Origin: Candidatus Iainarchaeum sp.
Lineage (GTDB): Archaea; Iainarchaeota; Iainarchaeia; Iainarchaeales; JAFCCW01
Assembly: GCA_017609985.1 (NCBI GenBank)
Contig: JAFCCW010000001.1
Location: forward strand, 1-64,000
DNA length: 64,000 nt
Direction: 5' to 3'
Position numbers and translations under genes: made by a program. Shown one piece after another: positions 9,820 through 20,040 of the stretch; the first letter of the stretch is position 1, and every line of letters starts with the position of its first letter. Under the pieces are notes generated by a model. The model searched no databases. It saw only the letters and a list, made by a program, of their open reading frames with translations, and was not told the DNA's origin.

Positions 9820-11987
9820 CCAACATAATTTGGCTTAAATTCAGCATAATGCTCTTCAAAGTCCTCATAAGCTTCCTCTGTCTTTTCAGAAACAGAACCT
9901 TTTGCTTTTTTTAGAACAGTTTCAAAATGCTTCATTTCAATCAAAGCAGGCTTTAGCTTGTTTTCCTTGAGAACCAGCAGAGCAGATTCTCTTACAAGCC
10001 CTTCCAAATCTGCTCCTGAAAAACCATCAGTTGATTTGGAGAGTTCTTCAAGAGACACATCAGACGCAAGCTTGACATTCTTTGTGTGAACTTCCAAAAT
10101 CTTTTTTCTTGTCTTCTTGTCAGGAGCATCAATACGGATTAGCTTGTCTATCCTGCCAGGACGAAGAATGCTTGGGTCAATCAAGTCAGGTCTGTTTGTT
10201 GCTGCAACAAACACAACATCCTTAAGAGTTTCAACACCGTCAAGTTCTGTGAGAAGCTGGTTTACAACGCGTTCAGTAACATTAGAGTCATTGCCAGAAC
10301 CTCTTCTTGAAGCAATTGAATCAATCTCGTCAAAGAAAACAATTGATGGAGAAACCTGTCTTGCTTTTCTGAAAATCTTTCTGATTCCCTTCTCAGATTC
10401 ACCAACCCATTTGCTAATGAGTTCAGGACCCTTAACTGAAATAAAGTTTGCATCACTCTCGCTTGCAATTGCTTTAGCAAGAAGAGTCTTGCCGCATCCA
10501 GGAGGACCAAACAAAAGCACTCCCGACGGAGGCCTTATCCCCATGTCCCTGAAAGCCTTTGGATTTTTCAATGGCCATTCAATAGCCTGCTTAAGTTCTT
10601 CTTTAACAGAATCAAGACCGCCAACATCTTCCCACTTAACATTAGGAACCTCTATTGCAACTTCTCTGAGAGCAGAAGGTTGAACATCCTTCAAACCATT
10701 CATAAAATCATCCTTGTTCACTTCAAGTGATTCAAGAACTTCTTGTGGAATTTGCTCCTCCTCTAAATCAATCTTTGGAAGATATCTGCGCAATGCCTTC
10801 ATTGCACTTTCTTTTCCAAGCGCCTGCAAATCAGCCCCAACAAAGCCGTGAGTTATTCCAGCAAAATAATCAAGATCAATATCCTTTGCAAGAGGCATTC
10901 CCCTTGTGTGAATTTGTAAAATTGCTTTTCTTGCTTTCTTGTTTGGAACACCAAATTCAATTTCCCTATCAAATCTTCCTGGCCGTCTAAGCGCCTCGTC
11001 GATTGAATTAACACGATTAGTAGCTGCAATGATTACTACTTCACCCCTTGCCTCTAATCCATCCATTAAAGCAAGAAGCTGTGCTACAACTCTTCTCTCA
11101 ACTTCTCCAACAACTTCGTCTCGTTTTGGAGCAATAGAATCTATTTCATCAACAAAAATTATTGAAGGTGCGTTTTCTTCAGCCTCTTTGAAAACATTTC
11201 TGATTCTCTCCTCTGCTTCTCCAACATACTTGCTCATTATTTCAGGAGCATTAACCGAGATAAAATGTGCATGAGTTTCATTAGCAACAGCTTTTGCAAG
11301 AAGAGTCTTTCCAGTTCCAGGAGGACCGTGAAGCAAAACACCTTTAGGAGGATCAATTCCAAGTTTCCTGAAAAGTTCAGGATGATTCATTGGAAGTTCA
11401 ACAAGCTCACGAACTTTCTTTATTGGTTCGTCAAGACCGCCAATGTCCTCATAAGAAACACGTTGAATAGAGTCTCTTGTTTCATTAACAGGTTGTTCCT
11501 TGAGAACAAACTGGGTAAAATCATTAACCTTAACAATTCCGCGAGGAGAAGTGTCAACAACCTTGTAAACATATCCTGAACCAAAAACAGGAATCCAGGA
11601 AATATCCCCCTTTGAAAGAGGTCTTCCAAGAAAACTCTTTTTAAGAACACGATCATAACCAGAAGCAATAATTCTAATCTGCTGAGTTGGAGCAAGAACA
11701 ACTTTTTTTGCATCAGAATAATTTGCCTTTCTTACAACAACTTTTTCTTCAAGACTAGTGCTTACATTCTGCCTAATGAAATTATCCATTCTGATTATCC
11801 CCCTTGATTCATCCTCAGAACGAGCAGGCCAGACAATTGCCGCACTCTTTCTGGAACCTTCAATTTCAACAATATCTCCAGAAGAAAGCCCAAGCTCGTC
11901 CTTTGTGCGAGCATCAAGAGTAACAATGTTTCTGCCAACATGCATAGGATTAGGTTCTTTAACAACAAGAGAAATTTCTTTTACCAT
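9816..11987 (-). CDS. cdc48: CDC48/VCP (VAT) AAA+ ATPase
   Basis: N-domain plus two AAA modules ([24 protein letters not shown]); C-terminal YVG. Confidence 0.96.
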   Translation of the reverse strand: MVKEISLVVKEPNPMHVGRNIVTLDARTKDELGLSSGDIVEIEGSRKSAAIVWPARSEDESRGIIRMDNFIRQNVSTSLEEKVVVRKANYSDAKKVVLAPTQQIRIIASGYDRVLKKSFLGRPLSKGDISWIPVFGSGYVYKVVDTSPRGIVKVNDFTQFVLKEQPVNETRDSIQRVSYEDIGGLDEPIKKVRELVELPMNHPELFRKLGIDPPKGVLLHGPPGTGKTLLAKAVANETHAHFISVNAPEIMSKYVGEAEERIRNVFKEAEENAPSIIFVDEIDSIAPKRDEVVGEVERRVVAQLLALMDGLEARGEVVIIAATNRVNSIDEALRRPGRFDREIEFGVPNKKARKAILQIHTRGMPLAKDIDLDYFAGITHGFVGADLQALGKESAMKALRRYLPKIDLEEEQIPQEVLESLEVNKDDFMNGLKDVQPSALREVAIEVPNVKWEDVGGLDSVKEELKQAIEWPLKNPKAFRDMGIRPPSGVLLFGPPGCGKTLLAKAIASESDANFISVKGPELISKWVGESEKGIRKIFRKARQVSPSIVFFDEIDSIASRRGSGNDSNVTERVVNQLLTELDGVETLKDVVFVAATNRPDLIDPSILRPGRIDKLIRIDAPDKKTRKKILEVHTKNVKLASDVSLEELSKSTDGFSGADLEGLVRESALLVLKENKLKPALIEMKHFETVLKKAKGSVSEKTEEAYEDFEEHYAEFKPNYVG

Positions 11988-12098
11988 AAAAACACCTGTC
12001 TAAATAATTTAATCAATTATACTATTCTTTGAACGCTCTCTTTTTAAACCTTTTGAGAAAAAAGAACACAAAAATAATGTTCCAATGATTTAAATAAT

Positions 12099-12902
12099 TT
12101 AATCGTTTTTTGATGAAAACTTTCCTGCAGGAAGAGCCTGAATTATCTCATCGGAAGATATGAATCCAGAACCAATCTTTTTTTCAAAAAATGCGAGAAG
12201 GTTTTTCGCAGTATCGCTCTTTTTCATGTTGCCTTGAACAAGCTCTTTTGAAAAAGCAGAATTTTTTTTAACTGCCGAAGGAGGACCAGAAATAAGTCTG
12301 TAACCGCCATTATTTTTTTCAACTCCGATTGCAAGGCAAAGAGGGGTTTTCTTAAACCATTTCCTTTTTCCATAAATCATGAAAGCTCCGGTTCCGAGAG
12401 ACTCGCCCGAAGGCGCACTTTTTGAAACCTGCTTTGGAAGAACAGAATAAACATCTGCAAAAGGAAGAGAAGACTGCCAAGCCTTTGAAAAAGAAGCAGC
12501 AAAACACGCAGCTTCCTCCATTGACTTTTTAGAAGCAGAATTGGAATCTGATTTTAGGACAGTGTGAGGCGCCCCCACCACATCAGCATGAAAATAAACA
12601 TCTGAATCAGCCATGAATTTTTTTACAAGCTCTTCATTGCTCTTTGCATCCTTACCAGCAATAACAAGCTCGTTGTCAGAAGTAAAAAACCAGCGGAATC
12701 TTTCAAACCATTTCTTTTGCCTTTTTTTGATAAGCTTTTTTTCTTTAGGAGTCTGCTTTTCAAGCGCCTCAATTTTTTTAGTAGTCAAAGTAATAGCTTT
12801 TGCAATGCCTTCAAGTTTCTTTCTTGACTTCTTGCTCTTTGCATAATAAGAAGACGCATTCTCTTCAATGCTTTGTGAAACATCAATCTCTATTTCGTGC
12901 AT
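12099..12902 (-). CDS. NFACT-R (Rqc2/NEMF C-terminal half) domain protein
   Basis: ENASSYY coiled coil, KWFERFRWF, GKDAKSNE, YFHAD..GA, VSKSAPSGE.L..GAFMIYG. Confidence 0.88.
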   Translation of the reverse strand: MHEIEIDVSQSIEENASSYYAKSKKSRKKLEGIAKAITLTTKKIEALEKQTPKEKKLIKKRQKKWFERFRWFFTSDNELVIAGKDAKSNEELVKKFMADSDVYFHADVVGAPHTVLKSDSNSASKKSMEEAACFAASFSKAWQSSLPFADVYSVLPKQVSKSAPSGESLGTGAFMIYGKRKWFKKTPLCLAIGVEKNNGGYRLISGPPSAVKKNSAFSKELVQGNMKKSDTAKNLLAFFEKKIGSGFISSDEIIQALPAGKFSSKND

Positions 12903-12905
12903 AGG

Positions 12906-13445
12906 TTATATGAGTCCCTTTTCCCTTTTAATTATTTCAATTATAGACTTTGTCCTGGATTCATTCTTGTAATGCGGTTCAGTAGTGTAAAAGATGTCCC
13001 GATCCTTCACCAGATTATAAATGCCATGGATTTTTTCAAAATACTCTTCCTGCTCACGTTTGTGAAAAGACTCCACATCCCGATGAATATATCTTGCCAC
13101 AAGATTCCACGTGCCAGAGCCAATAATGGAAGAAAGCCTGTAAAGATTAGGATCTTTTTCCACAGCTTCAAGAAATTTGCGAAAAGTTTTCTCCTCCGAA
13201 AGATCTGCCTGAAGCAAGACAATTGACTCAAGCTTGTAGCCAAGACTTCTAAAATTCATTTTAGGACCATAGCCTTCCAAAAGACCCTGCTTTTTTAGAA
13301 AATCCAGCGAACTCTTAATTGTAGCAAGATGATAGCCAGTGTGCCGCTTTATCTGATTAAGATTTGGCTGAACCGAACCCTTTCTAAGCAAAGCCTCAAG
13401 GATATTAAGCCTTGTTTCATCAGTTAATCGCATCTGCCCAGCCAT
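12906..13445 (-). CDS. Lrp/AsnC-like transcription regulator (divergent)
   Basis: N-terminal HTH, GLLEGYGPKMNFRSLGY linker, RAM-like C-terminal domain. Confidence 0.75.
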   Translation of the reverse strand: MAGQMRLTDETRLNILEALLRKGSVQPNLNQIKRHTGYHLATIKSSLDFLKKQGLLEGYGPKMNFRSLGYKLESIVLLQADLSEEKTFRKFLEAVEKDPNLYRLSSIIGSGTWNLVARYIHRDVESFHKREQEEYFEKIHGIYNLVKDRDIFYTTEPHYKNESRTKSIIEIIKREKGLI

Positions 13446-13447
13446 AT

Positions 13448-13462
13448 ACAGCTATACGCTGT
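13448..13462. promoter_or_regulatory. Inverted repeat ACAGC-TATAC-GCTGT between TATA box and start codon of the Lrp-like gene; possible autoregulatory operator
   Basis: Perfect 5-5-5 palindrome immediately upstream of the ATG at 13445. Confidence 0.35.
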
Positions 13463-13614
13463 TTTAGTATAAAAATATTACATTCATACGTAAAAGTATT
13501 GCCATAAAATGACAGGGCAAATCAGAGAGTTTATTTAAATTACAAGTGCGCTATATGATTGCGAAAATAGGAGGGGATCGAACCAGAAACAACTGAAATA
13601 ATAAATCTAAATTG

Positions 13615-13683
13615 AGCGGGCGAAAAAGCAAGCTCACCAGGCTAAAACTGCTCACTAAAAAGGATTGGCTTTCTTCGCCCGCT
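13615..13683. ncRNA. GC-rich long hairpin, candidate small RNA or 3' structure of the topA transcript
   Basis: AGCGGGCGAA-AAAGC (13615-13629) pairs with GCTTT-C-TTCGCCCGCT (13668-13683) in AT-rich intergenic DNA. Confidence 0.5.
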
Positions 13684-13711
13684 ATATAAATCCACAAAAC
13701 AAAACCAGACA

Positions 13712-15799
13712 TTACTTCTTAACTGATTTGCTTGATTTTGACTGCTTTGCTTTTTCTGCTCTTTCAGCACTTTTCTTCTTCCACTCGTCCTTGGAAGGAC
13801 AATTCATGTCAATGCACATTTCAAATGACCTTCGCCCGTTAAGAACCTTTATCATTGGTTTTCCACACTGCTCACACAACTTGTCTGTTGAAAGAATTTT
13901 CCCAGTCTGAGGAAGAGGATAGGATTCAGTGCATTTAGGATAATTTGAACAGCCTAAAAATCTCTTTCCTGAGACACGTGCCTTTCTGATTACTAGTTCT
14001 CCCCCACAACCCTCCTGTGTACAACCACAAATAATGCTGTCATCACGCAATGCCTTTCTAAGTTCAGAACCAACATCGTTCTTGTGAGTAAGAAGTTTTT
14101 CCAATCCGCTGAGCAAAAGCATTCTTGAAGTTTCAACAACCTCATCTTTTCCCTTTTTTCCAGCAGCAACTAAATCCATTTCATTTTCAAGATCAGCAGT
14201 CATCTTTGGTTTTACAATTGTTTCCTCGTATTTGTCAAGAGCAGTTATAACTGTAAAAGCAATTTTGTTTGGAGTAATTGCCTTCTGTCCAGAAATATAG
14301 CGTCGAGCATAAAGCTTCTGAAGAATGTTGTGCCGGGTTGCCTTAGTTCCAAGACTATTCTGTTCCATAAGCTTGATTAAAGAACCCTGAGAATAACGAG
14401 GAGGATGTTTTGTTTCCTTCGAAATTAAATCAAGCTTGTTAAGTTTTACAGTTTCCCCTTTTTCAAGTTCTGGGAGAAAAACCTCTTTTGTTTTGGAATA
14501 AGGATAAAATTCTTTCCACCCCGCACTTAAAATTGTCTTTCCCCTGGCAATAAACAATTCCTGCCCAAGACTTATTTCTGCGGAAACACTTTCAAGCAAA
14601 GCATCCTCTGAAAGAGTCGCAAGAAAACGCCTGCACACAAGCTCGTAAATTTTCCATTCCTTTCCCCCAAGCTTTTCCTTTGAAACAGCAGAAACAGGAC
14701 AGATAGGGGGATGATCCTTTGTTGACTTGCCAGCAGAAGGTTCAATAGTTTTCTGGTGAAGAATTTTTTCCGCAAGAGGCTTAAGTTCTTTGACATCAAG
14801 AAGTTTTTCAGTGATGTCCCTTAAATCAAGAGTTTTTGGATAAGCAGAATTGTCTGTTCTTGGATAAGAAATATATCCAGACTGATAAAGGGACTCGGCA
14901 ATGCTCATTGCACCCCCAACAGTAAAACCAATATTTGCAGCAGACCTTAACAAAGCAGTTGTATTGAAAGGGACTGGTTTCTTCATCCTCAGCTTCTTCT
15001 TTGAAACAGAAGTCACGGTTCCGTGAGACTCTGACTTGCACTCTAGTGCCTTGTCTGCCTCTTCCTTTTTCCAAAACTTTCCCTTCTTGTGAAGAGCTTC
15101 AAATTCTTTAGAGCTTTTTTCAAACAGTGCCTGAAGCTCCCAAAAAGGTTTTGGGTTAAATGCAAGAATTTCTTTTTCACGTTGAACAATAAGAGCAAGA
15201 GTAGGGCTTTGGACTCTGCCAGCTGAAAGAAATTCCTTTCCCATGGAACCTGAAACAATTGAGAGAAAGCGCGTGAGAACCGCACCCCAGACAAGATCTA
15301 TTTCACGCCTTGCGTCAGCAGAGTCAGCAAGATTATAATCAAAATTTACAAGATTGGAAAAAGCATGATTAATGTCCTGCTGAGTCATTGCAGAAAAATA
15401 AGCACGCTTTACTTTTGGAGAGCCCACAAGATTCATTGCACTGAGAGCCTCTGCACCAATAGCTTCTCCCTCTCGATCAGCATCAGTTGCAACAACAACA
15501 GAGTCTGCCTTGGAAGAAACCCTGCTTAAAAAAGAAGTTATTTGCTTGACGCTTGAAACATACTCAATTTCTGCCTTTGTTAATTCCTTGAGGTCTGTGC
15601 CAATCCAGTTAGAATAACGTTTTGGAAAATTAACATCAGTAATGTGACCACGCAATGGAATAACCCAGTATTGCTTTCCATCTTTTTCAAATTCAAAATA
15701 CTGGGCTTTCTGATCAAACTTGGGAGAAAGTTGTTTTCCAGCAAGCAGAGAAGAAATTCTCTGCCCAGCAATTGCTTTTTCAGTAATAATTACTTCCAA
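13712..15799 (-). CDS. topA: DNA topoisomerase I (type IA) with C-terminal zinc ribbons
   Basis: TOPRIM EK and DADREGE, SAGRVQSP, catalytic ISYPRTD, C-terminal Cys pairs. Confidence 0.95.
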   Translation of the reverse strand: MEVIITEKAIAGQRISSLLAGKQLSPKFDQKAQYFEFEKDGKQYWVIPLRGHITDVNFPKRYSNWIGTDLKELTKAEIEYVSSVKQITSFLSRVSSKADSVVVATDADREGEAIGAEALSAMNLVGSPKVKRAYFSAMTQQDINHAFSNLVNFDYNLADSADARREIDLVWGAVLTRFLSIVSGSMGKEFLSAGRVQSPTLALIVQREKEILAFNPKPFWELQALFEKSSKEFEALHKKGKFWKKEEADKALECKSESHGTVTSVSKKKLRMKKPVPFNTTALLRSAANIGFTVGGAMSIAESLYQSGYISYPRTDNSAYPKTLDLRDITEKLLDVKELKPLAEKILHQKTIEPSAGKSTKDHPPICPVSAVSKEKLGGKEWKIYELVCRRFLATLSEDALLESVSAEISLGQELFIARGKTILSAGWKEFYPYSKTKEVFLPELEKGETVKLNKLDLISKETKHPPRYSQGSLIKLMEQNSLGTKATRHNILQKLYARRYISGQKAITPNKIAFTVITALDKYEETIVKPKMTADLENEMDLVAAGKKGKDEVVETSRMLLLSGLEKLLTHKNDVGSELRKALRDDSIICGCTQEGCGGELVIRKARVSGKRFLGCSNYPKCTESYPLPQTGKILSTDKLCEQCGKPMIKVLNGRRSFEMCIDMNCPSKDEWKKKSAERAEKAKQSKSSKSVKK

Positions 15800-15874
15800 T
15801 CAAAAACCTCTCTAAAAGAGAATAGCTCCCAAAAAGAATAAAAAAAGAGAATGCAAAAAACAAGAGAAAAACAA

Positions 15875-16351
15875 CTAAAGCTTGTTCTGAAGAGTGCCTG
15901 AAGGAACAGAATAAGATTTTTTTAACTCTGAAAGAACAACCAAGGTTTTAACATCAATAACTCCGTCAACAAGCCCAAGCTCATTAATGAAGCGTTCAGC
16001 AGAGCCAAGATCAGGAACAACAAGTTTTGCAAAAAGATTGTATTCTCCAAGAACCTGATGAAGTTCAGCAACATAGTCATAAGAGTTAAGTTTTTTTATG
16101 AGATCCTTGTTTTTTGAAAGCTCGCTTCTTATCTGAACAAAAACCGGATTTTCATAACCAAGCGTCTTCATATTCAAATCAGCACTAACTCCACTGATAA
16201 TTCCGCGACGAACAAGGGATTCAACACGCTTCTTGATTGCAACATCGGTAAGTTTTGTTTCACGAGCAATCGCAGAAAAACTCTTCCTGCCGTCCTTTAA
16301 CAGGTCACCGAGAATTTTGTGGTCAATTTTGTCAAGAGAAGCTGAAGCCAT
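15875..16351 (-). CDS. Lrp/AsnC family transcription regulator
   Basis: LDKIDHKIL..L.KDGRKSFSAIA HTH; GEYNL RAM domain. Confidence 0.9.
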   Translation of the reverse strand: MASASLDKIDHKILGDLLKDGRKSFSAIARETKLTDVAIKKRVESLVRRGIISGVSADLNMKTLGYENPVFVQIRSELSKNKDLIKKLNSYDYVAELHQVLGEYNLFAKLVVPDLGSAERFINELGLVDGVIDVKTLVVLSELKKSYSVPSGTLQNKL

Positions 16352-16474
16352 TTTAATCTTATATTAATACGAAGAACACATATAAAAACTTTATTCATTT
16401 TCCTAATAAAAAAGACGATAAAACTTGGCTTTCCAAAGGAAAGAGTTAATAATTTTAGAAAAGCAATCTAATAT

Positions 16475-18010
16475 ATGGACAATCTTGTTGAAGAATCTAT
16501 TGAAAAAATCGCAAAAGAATGTGAGGAAGCAGGAGCAACAAAATGGGATGTTACCAAGATTGTGAAAGAACTCTCAAAAGAAAAAGAAAAAGGAATAGAA
16601 CATTTGAGAAACAAAACAATAGAACTCTTAGAAGAAATGAATCCAAAGGCAGCAAATGTTTACATCTCATTTCACAAACTAAGAGTTCACACAACTGATG
16701 AGAAAATAGAACCCTTTGACAGAGGAAACATCATAAAATCGCTTACTAAAGAAACAGATGTAAACAGGAGTGTCGCAGAGAACATTGGAAACGAAGTTGA
16801 AAACAAGATAAAAGATTATAAAATAAAATTTCTGACAACTGCACTAATAAGAGAAATGGTTAATGCAAAACTTCTGGAGTATGGTTATGAAAATGTACAA
16901 AACCAGTACACTCGACTGGGAATGCCTGTGTTTGATGTTCAAAAAAATATTGATAAAAAAACAGATTGGGAAGAAACCCTGCGAGAATTCAACATACTAA
17001 AAGTTATTCCGAGAGAAATACTGAAAAAGCATTTTGAGAACAGCATATTTATTGAAGACATTGCGGGATTTTCAACAAGAGCAATATCTTATTCAATGCA
17101 ACCAGAAGAAGGAAACAATGTTTCTGAAACAATAATAAAAACAATGAAACACGCAGAGAAAATTCAAGGATTGTTCAAAAGAAAAATTTCAATAGACCAG
17201 TTAAATCTTTTTTTGTCAACAAAGATTTCTAAGAAAAAAGAAACAAAGGAAGCAACAGAACTCTGCGCTCTTGCATTCCCAAAGAACTGCGTTGGAAATT
17301 ATCTCTATGTTCCTGAAGAAACAGAAAAACAAATTGAGATAAATAAAACACACTCAAACGAAATAGCAAACCATATGCTGAGACTGTTGCGAGAACAGGA
17401 AACAAAAACAGTTGTAGACAGCAGATTCAAACTAAAACTTCTCAAAAAGAATAGTTTCTCTGACGGAATGGTTGTTCTAAACTGCTCCAAAGAAAGGCTT
17501 TTCCCCCACACAGGACTGCTTTCAAGCAGTTCAAGAGGGATTTCAAGCAACATAATGATTAACATTTCAAAGATAACAAAAGAATCAGAAAATGAGGAAA
17601 TATTTTCTGAAAAGCTTGACGAAATTGCAGAAGCAGTTAAAGAATGCGGACTTGAAAGAAAAAAACAAATTAAGGAAAGAAAACTGTTCAAAGAAAATAA
17701 TCTTTCTCCAGCAGAATTTGAAGAATGCGCAAGTCTTTATGGATTGGAAAACGGAACCAAATTTTCCAGAAAAAAAGTAATAAAAAAATGTTTTATGAAC
17801 AAAGGAATCAGAATAACAGAAAGCATTGTTCCCGAAGGAATTCACAGATTTGAAAAAGAAAACCAGAAATTAACAGAAATAAAAACAGAAATAGGAACAA
17901 AAGAGAAAGAAATTGAATTTGAAGCAGAATCAAAAAAAGAGCTGTATACAAAAATAAAACAAGGAATTCCAATAATTATTCTCAAAAAAAATCAGTCTGA
18001 ACAAAACTAA
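16475..18010 (+). CDS. ATP-cone protein resembling a degenerate class III ribonucleotide reductase (NrdD)
   Basis: ATP cone (IEPFDRGNIIKSL..ET; LTTALIREMVNAKLLE) followed by YTRLGMPVFDV, as in archaeal NrdD N-termini. No C-terminal RxxGY glycyl-radical motif. Confidence 0.65.
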   Translation: MDNLVEESIEKIAKECEEAGATKWDVTKIVKELSKEKEKGIEHLRNKTIELLEEMNPKAANVYISFHKLRVHTTDEKIEPFDRGNIIKSLTKETDVNRSVAENIGNEVENKIKDYKIKFLTTALIREMVNAKLLEYGYENVQNQYTRLGMPVFDVQKNIDKKTDWEETLREFNILKVIPREILKKHFENSIFIEDIAGFSTRAISYSMQPEEGNNVSETIIKTMKHAEKIQGLFKRKISIDQLNLFLSTKISKKKETKEATELCALAFPKNCVGNYLYVPEETEKQIEINKTHSNEIANHMLRLLREQETKTVVDSRFKLKLLKKNSFSDGMVVLNCSKERLFPHTGLLSSSSRGISSNIMINISKITKESENEEIFSEKLDEIAEAVKECGLERKKQIKERKLFKENNLSPAEFEECASLYGLENGTKFSRKKVIKKCFMNKGIRITESIVPEGIHRFEKENQKLTEIKTEIGTKEKEIEFEAESKKELYTKIKQGIPIIILKKNQSEQN

Positions 18011-18735
18011 TAATTCCCTTTTTCAAAATTTTTTATAAGATCAAACTTTTGCATAAAAAGATATGTCTTCATGACTTCCATAAAAGGAACCACAAAAACC
18101 ATCACTAGCAAAAGAGAAACAAATCTTCCTGACAAAAAAACAGGATCGAAAGCAAACTCAACTAAAAGCACAAGCGCAAGAAGAATTGAACCGACAATAA
18201 TAACTGAGAAAAAATGTTTTGGATTTTTCAGCATAAATTCAATATTGTTGCTGAAAGCTTCCCTTATTTTTATTTCATCAACAACGATTGACTGAGGAAC
18301 AAAAAGAGTCAAAAGAGAGACTAGAAGTGCAACAAGAGATGACAAAATAAGACCTATTCCAAAAAACTCAAAGATAAGGGAAAGCAGGAAAAGAAAAACA
18401 AAAAGAAAAGTGTAAAATGTAAAAATTTTTAGTGTGAACTTTTTAAGCATCTCAGAAATATAGTACTGAATTTTTACCTTGCTCAAATCACGCCGCACTG
18501 CAAGAATAATTACGGAAATAAACAAAGAATAAAACACAAGATAAAGCAGAGAAAATAGAATTAATGCAACCAAAAACAAGGAATCAGCTGGATTGTATTC
18601 TGCAAAAATCGTGCCAGAACCAACAACAGTATTTGGAAAAAATGAAAATAAAGCAACAAAAACCAACAGCAAACCAAATCCGAGCGCAGCCTTAAAGTTT
18701 GATAAATACTCTTGCAAAACCTTTTCCAAAAACAT
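18007..18735 (-). CDS. Multi-pass membrane protein of unknown function
   Basis: About 6 hydrophobic helices. Confidence 0.75.
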   Translation of the reverse strand: MFLEKVLQEYLSNFKAALGFGLLLVFVALFSFFPNTVVGSGTIFAEYNPADSLFLVALILFSLLYLVFYSLFISVIILAVRRDLSKVKIQYYISEMLKKFTLKIFTFYTFLFVFLFLLSLIFEFFGIGLILSSLVALLVSLLTLFVPQSIVVDEIKIREAFSNNIEFMLKNPKHFFSVIIVGSILLALVLLVEFAFDPVFLSGRFVSLLLVMVFVVPFMEVMKTYLFMQKFDLIKNFEKGNY

Positions 18736-18778
18736 TTAACCCCGAAATAATAGAATTGGAAAAAGAATAAATAACCGT

Positions 18779-20026
18779 CTATTCAACAAGCTTGCCTGAT
18801 AAATAGGTTGGAAACGCTTTTTCAATGAAAACATTGCAGAATCCCCCAAGCCTGTTTTCGGTCACTGCAACCTGCTTGTAAGAATTTGTTCTGCCAATAA
18901 AATTGCCCCTATTGCCAGTAGCAGAGACAAGAATTTCCTGTTTTGTGCCGACAAGCAGTTTTTTTTGTTCAAGAGAAAAAGAAGAGCAAAGTGTTGAGAG
19001 TTGCCTGCTTCTCTGCTTTTTTTCACGGTCAATTATTTTGTCAGGCATTTTTTCAGCAGACGTGTTCGGCCTGTCACCGTAACGGGAAATATTGGTAATG
19101 TAAGGCTCTGCTTTTTTGAGAGCAGAAACTGTTTCATTAAATTCCTGTTCTGTTTCACCAGGAAAGCCAACGATTACATCAGTGCTTATTGAAATTTCTG
19201 GAAAACGCTTTTTTGCAGCAGAAACAATTGAATGAAACTCTTCAACAGAGTAAGGTCGGTTCATGCGCTCAAGCACACTGTCAGAACCGCTTTGCAAGGG
19301 AATATGAAGAAACTTGTAAATTCTCTTGTCCTCAAACAAGTCAAGAAATTTGTCAAGAACTGGAAGAATACGACCAGGATTCATCATGCCAATTCTCAGA
19401 CGATAATTGCCCTTTGTTTCAAGAAAAGTTGAAATAAGTTCAGGGAGCGAAGAACCAATGTCAGCACCATAACAAGCAGTGTCTTGAGACGTGACCCAGA
19501 TTTCAGTGCTTGAAGAAAGAGACTGTTTAAAGGAGTCAGCAAGCTCTTGAACAGAATAGCTTTTGAGAGGACCGCGAGCATTCCTTACTGCACAAAAACT
19601 GCATTCACCCAGACACCCCCTGCTAATTGGAAGAATTGAAATAGAGTCTCCAGGAACAGAAAAAGAAGGAAGAAGCGGAGAAAAACGTTTAGGAGGCAAA
19701 GAAAGAATTAAAGCAAGCTCTTCAAGGCAAGGTCCGCAAGAAACAATGTTTTTGGAAACAGGAATTAAATCAGGGTTAATTTTTGTGAGACAACCAAATA
19801 CAACAAGGAGAGCATTGTTTTTTTTTGCGAATTTTTCAAGCTCTGAAATTCTGCGAAGCATCTTGTTTTCAGTGGGAAGCTTTACCGCACAAGTGTTGAT
19901 TACTAAAACATCTGCAGTCTCTGGATTGGAAGAAAGTGTATACTTATTTAGTTCAAGAAAAGATTTAATTTTGAGAGTGTCGCTGTGATTAAGAGAACAG
20001 CCATATCCTTCAACAAAAGCATTCAA
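18779..20026 (-). CDS. MiaB-like radical SAM tRNA methylthiotransferase (archaeal MtaB/CDKAL1 type)
   Basis: UPF0004 domain (YGC..N, INTCAVK, GC), CxxxCxxC (CLGECSFC), QSGSD.VL..MNR, TRAM domain. Confidence 0.9.
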   Translation of the reverse strand: MNAFVEGYGCSLNHSDTLKIKSFLELNKYTLSSNPETADVLVINTCAVKLPTENKMLRRISELEKFAKKNNALLVVFGCLTKINPDLIPVSKNIVSCGPCLEELALILSLPPKRFSPLLPSFSVPGDSISILPISRGCLGECSFCAVRNARGPLKSYSVQELADSFKQSLSSSTEIWVTSQDTACYGADIGSSLPELISTFLETKGNYRLRIGMMNPGRILPVLDKFLDLFEDKRIYKFLHIPLQSGSDSVLERMNRPYSVEEFHSIVSAAKKRFPEISISTDVIVGFPGETEQEFNETVSALKKAEPYITNISRYGDRPNTSAEKMPDKIIDREKKQRSRQLSTLCSSFSLEQKKLLVGTKQEILVSATGNRGNFIGRTNSYKQVAVTENRLGGFCNVFIEKAFPTYLSGKLVE

Positions 20027-20040
20027 TCAGCTCACCAAAA

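Noticed and set aside
12001-12104. 14-bp direct repeat TAAATAATTTAATC at 12001 and 12091
   Set aside because: Almost pure A/T in promoter DNA; chance cannot be excluded.
13561-13590. Minus-strand GGTTCGATCCC resembling a tRNA T-loop
   Set aside because: No T-stem, acceptor stem or D/anticodon arms can be built.
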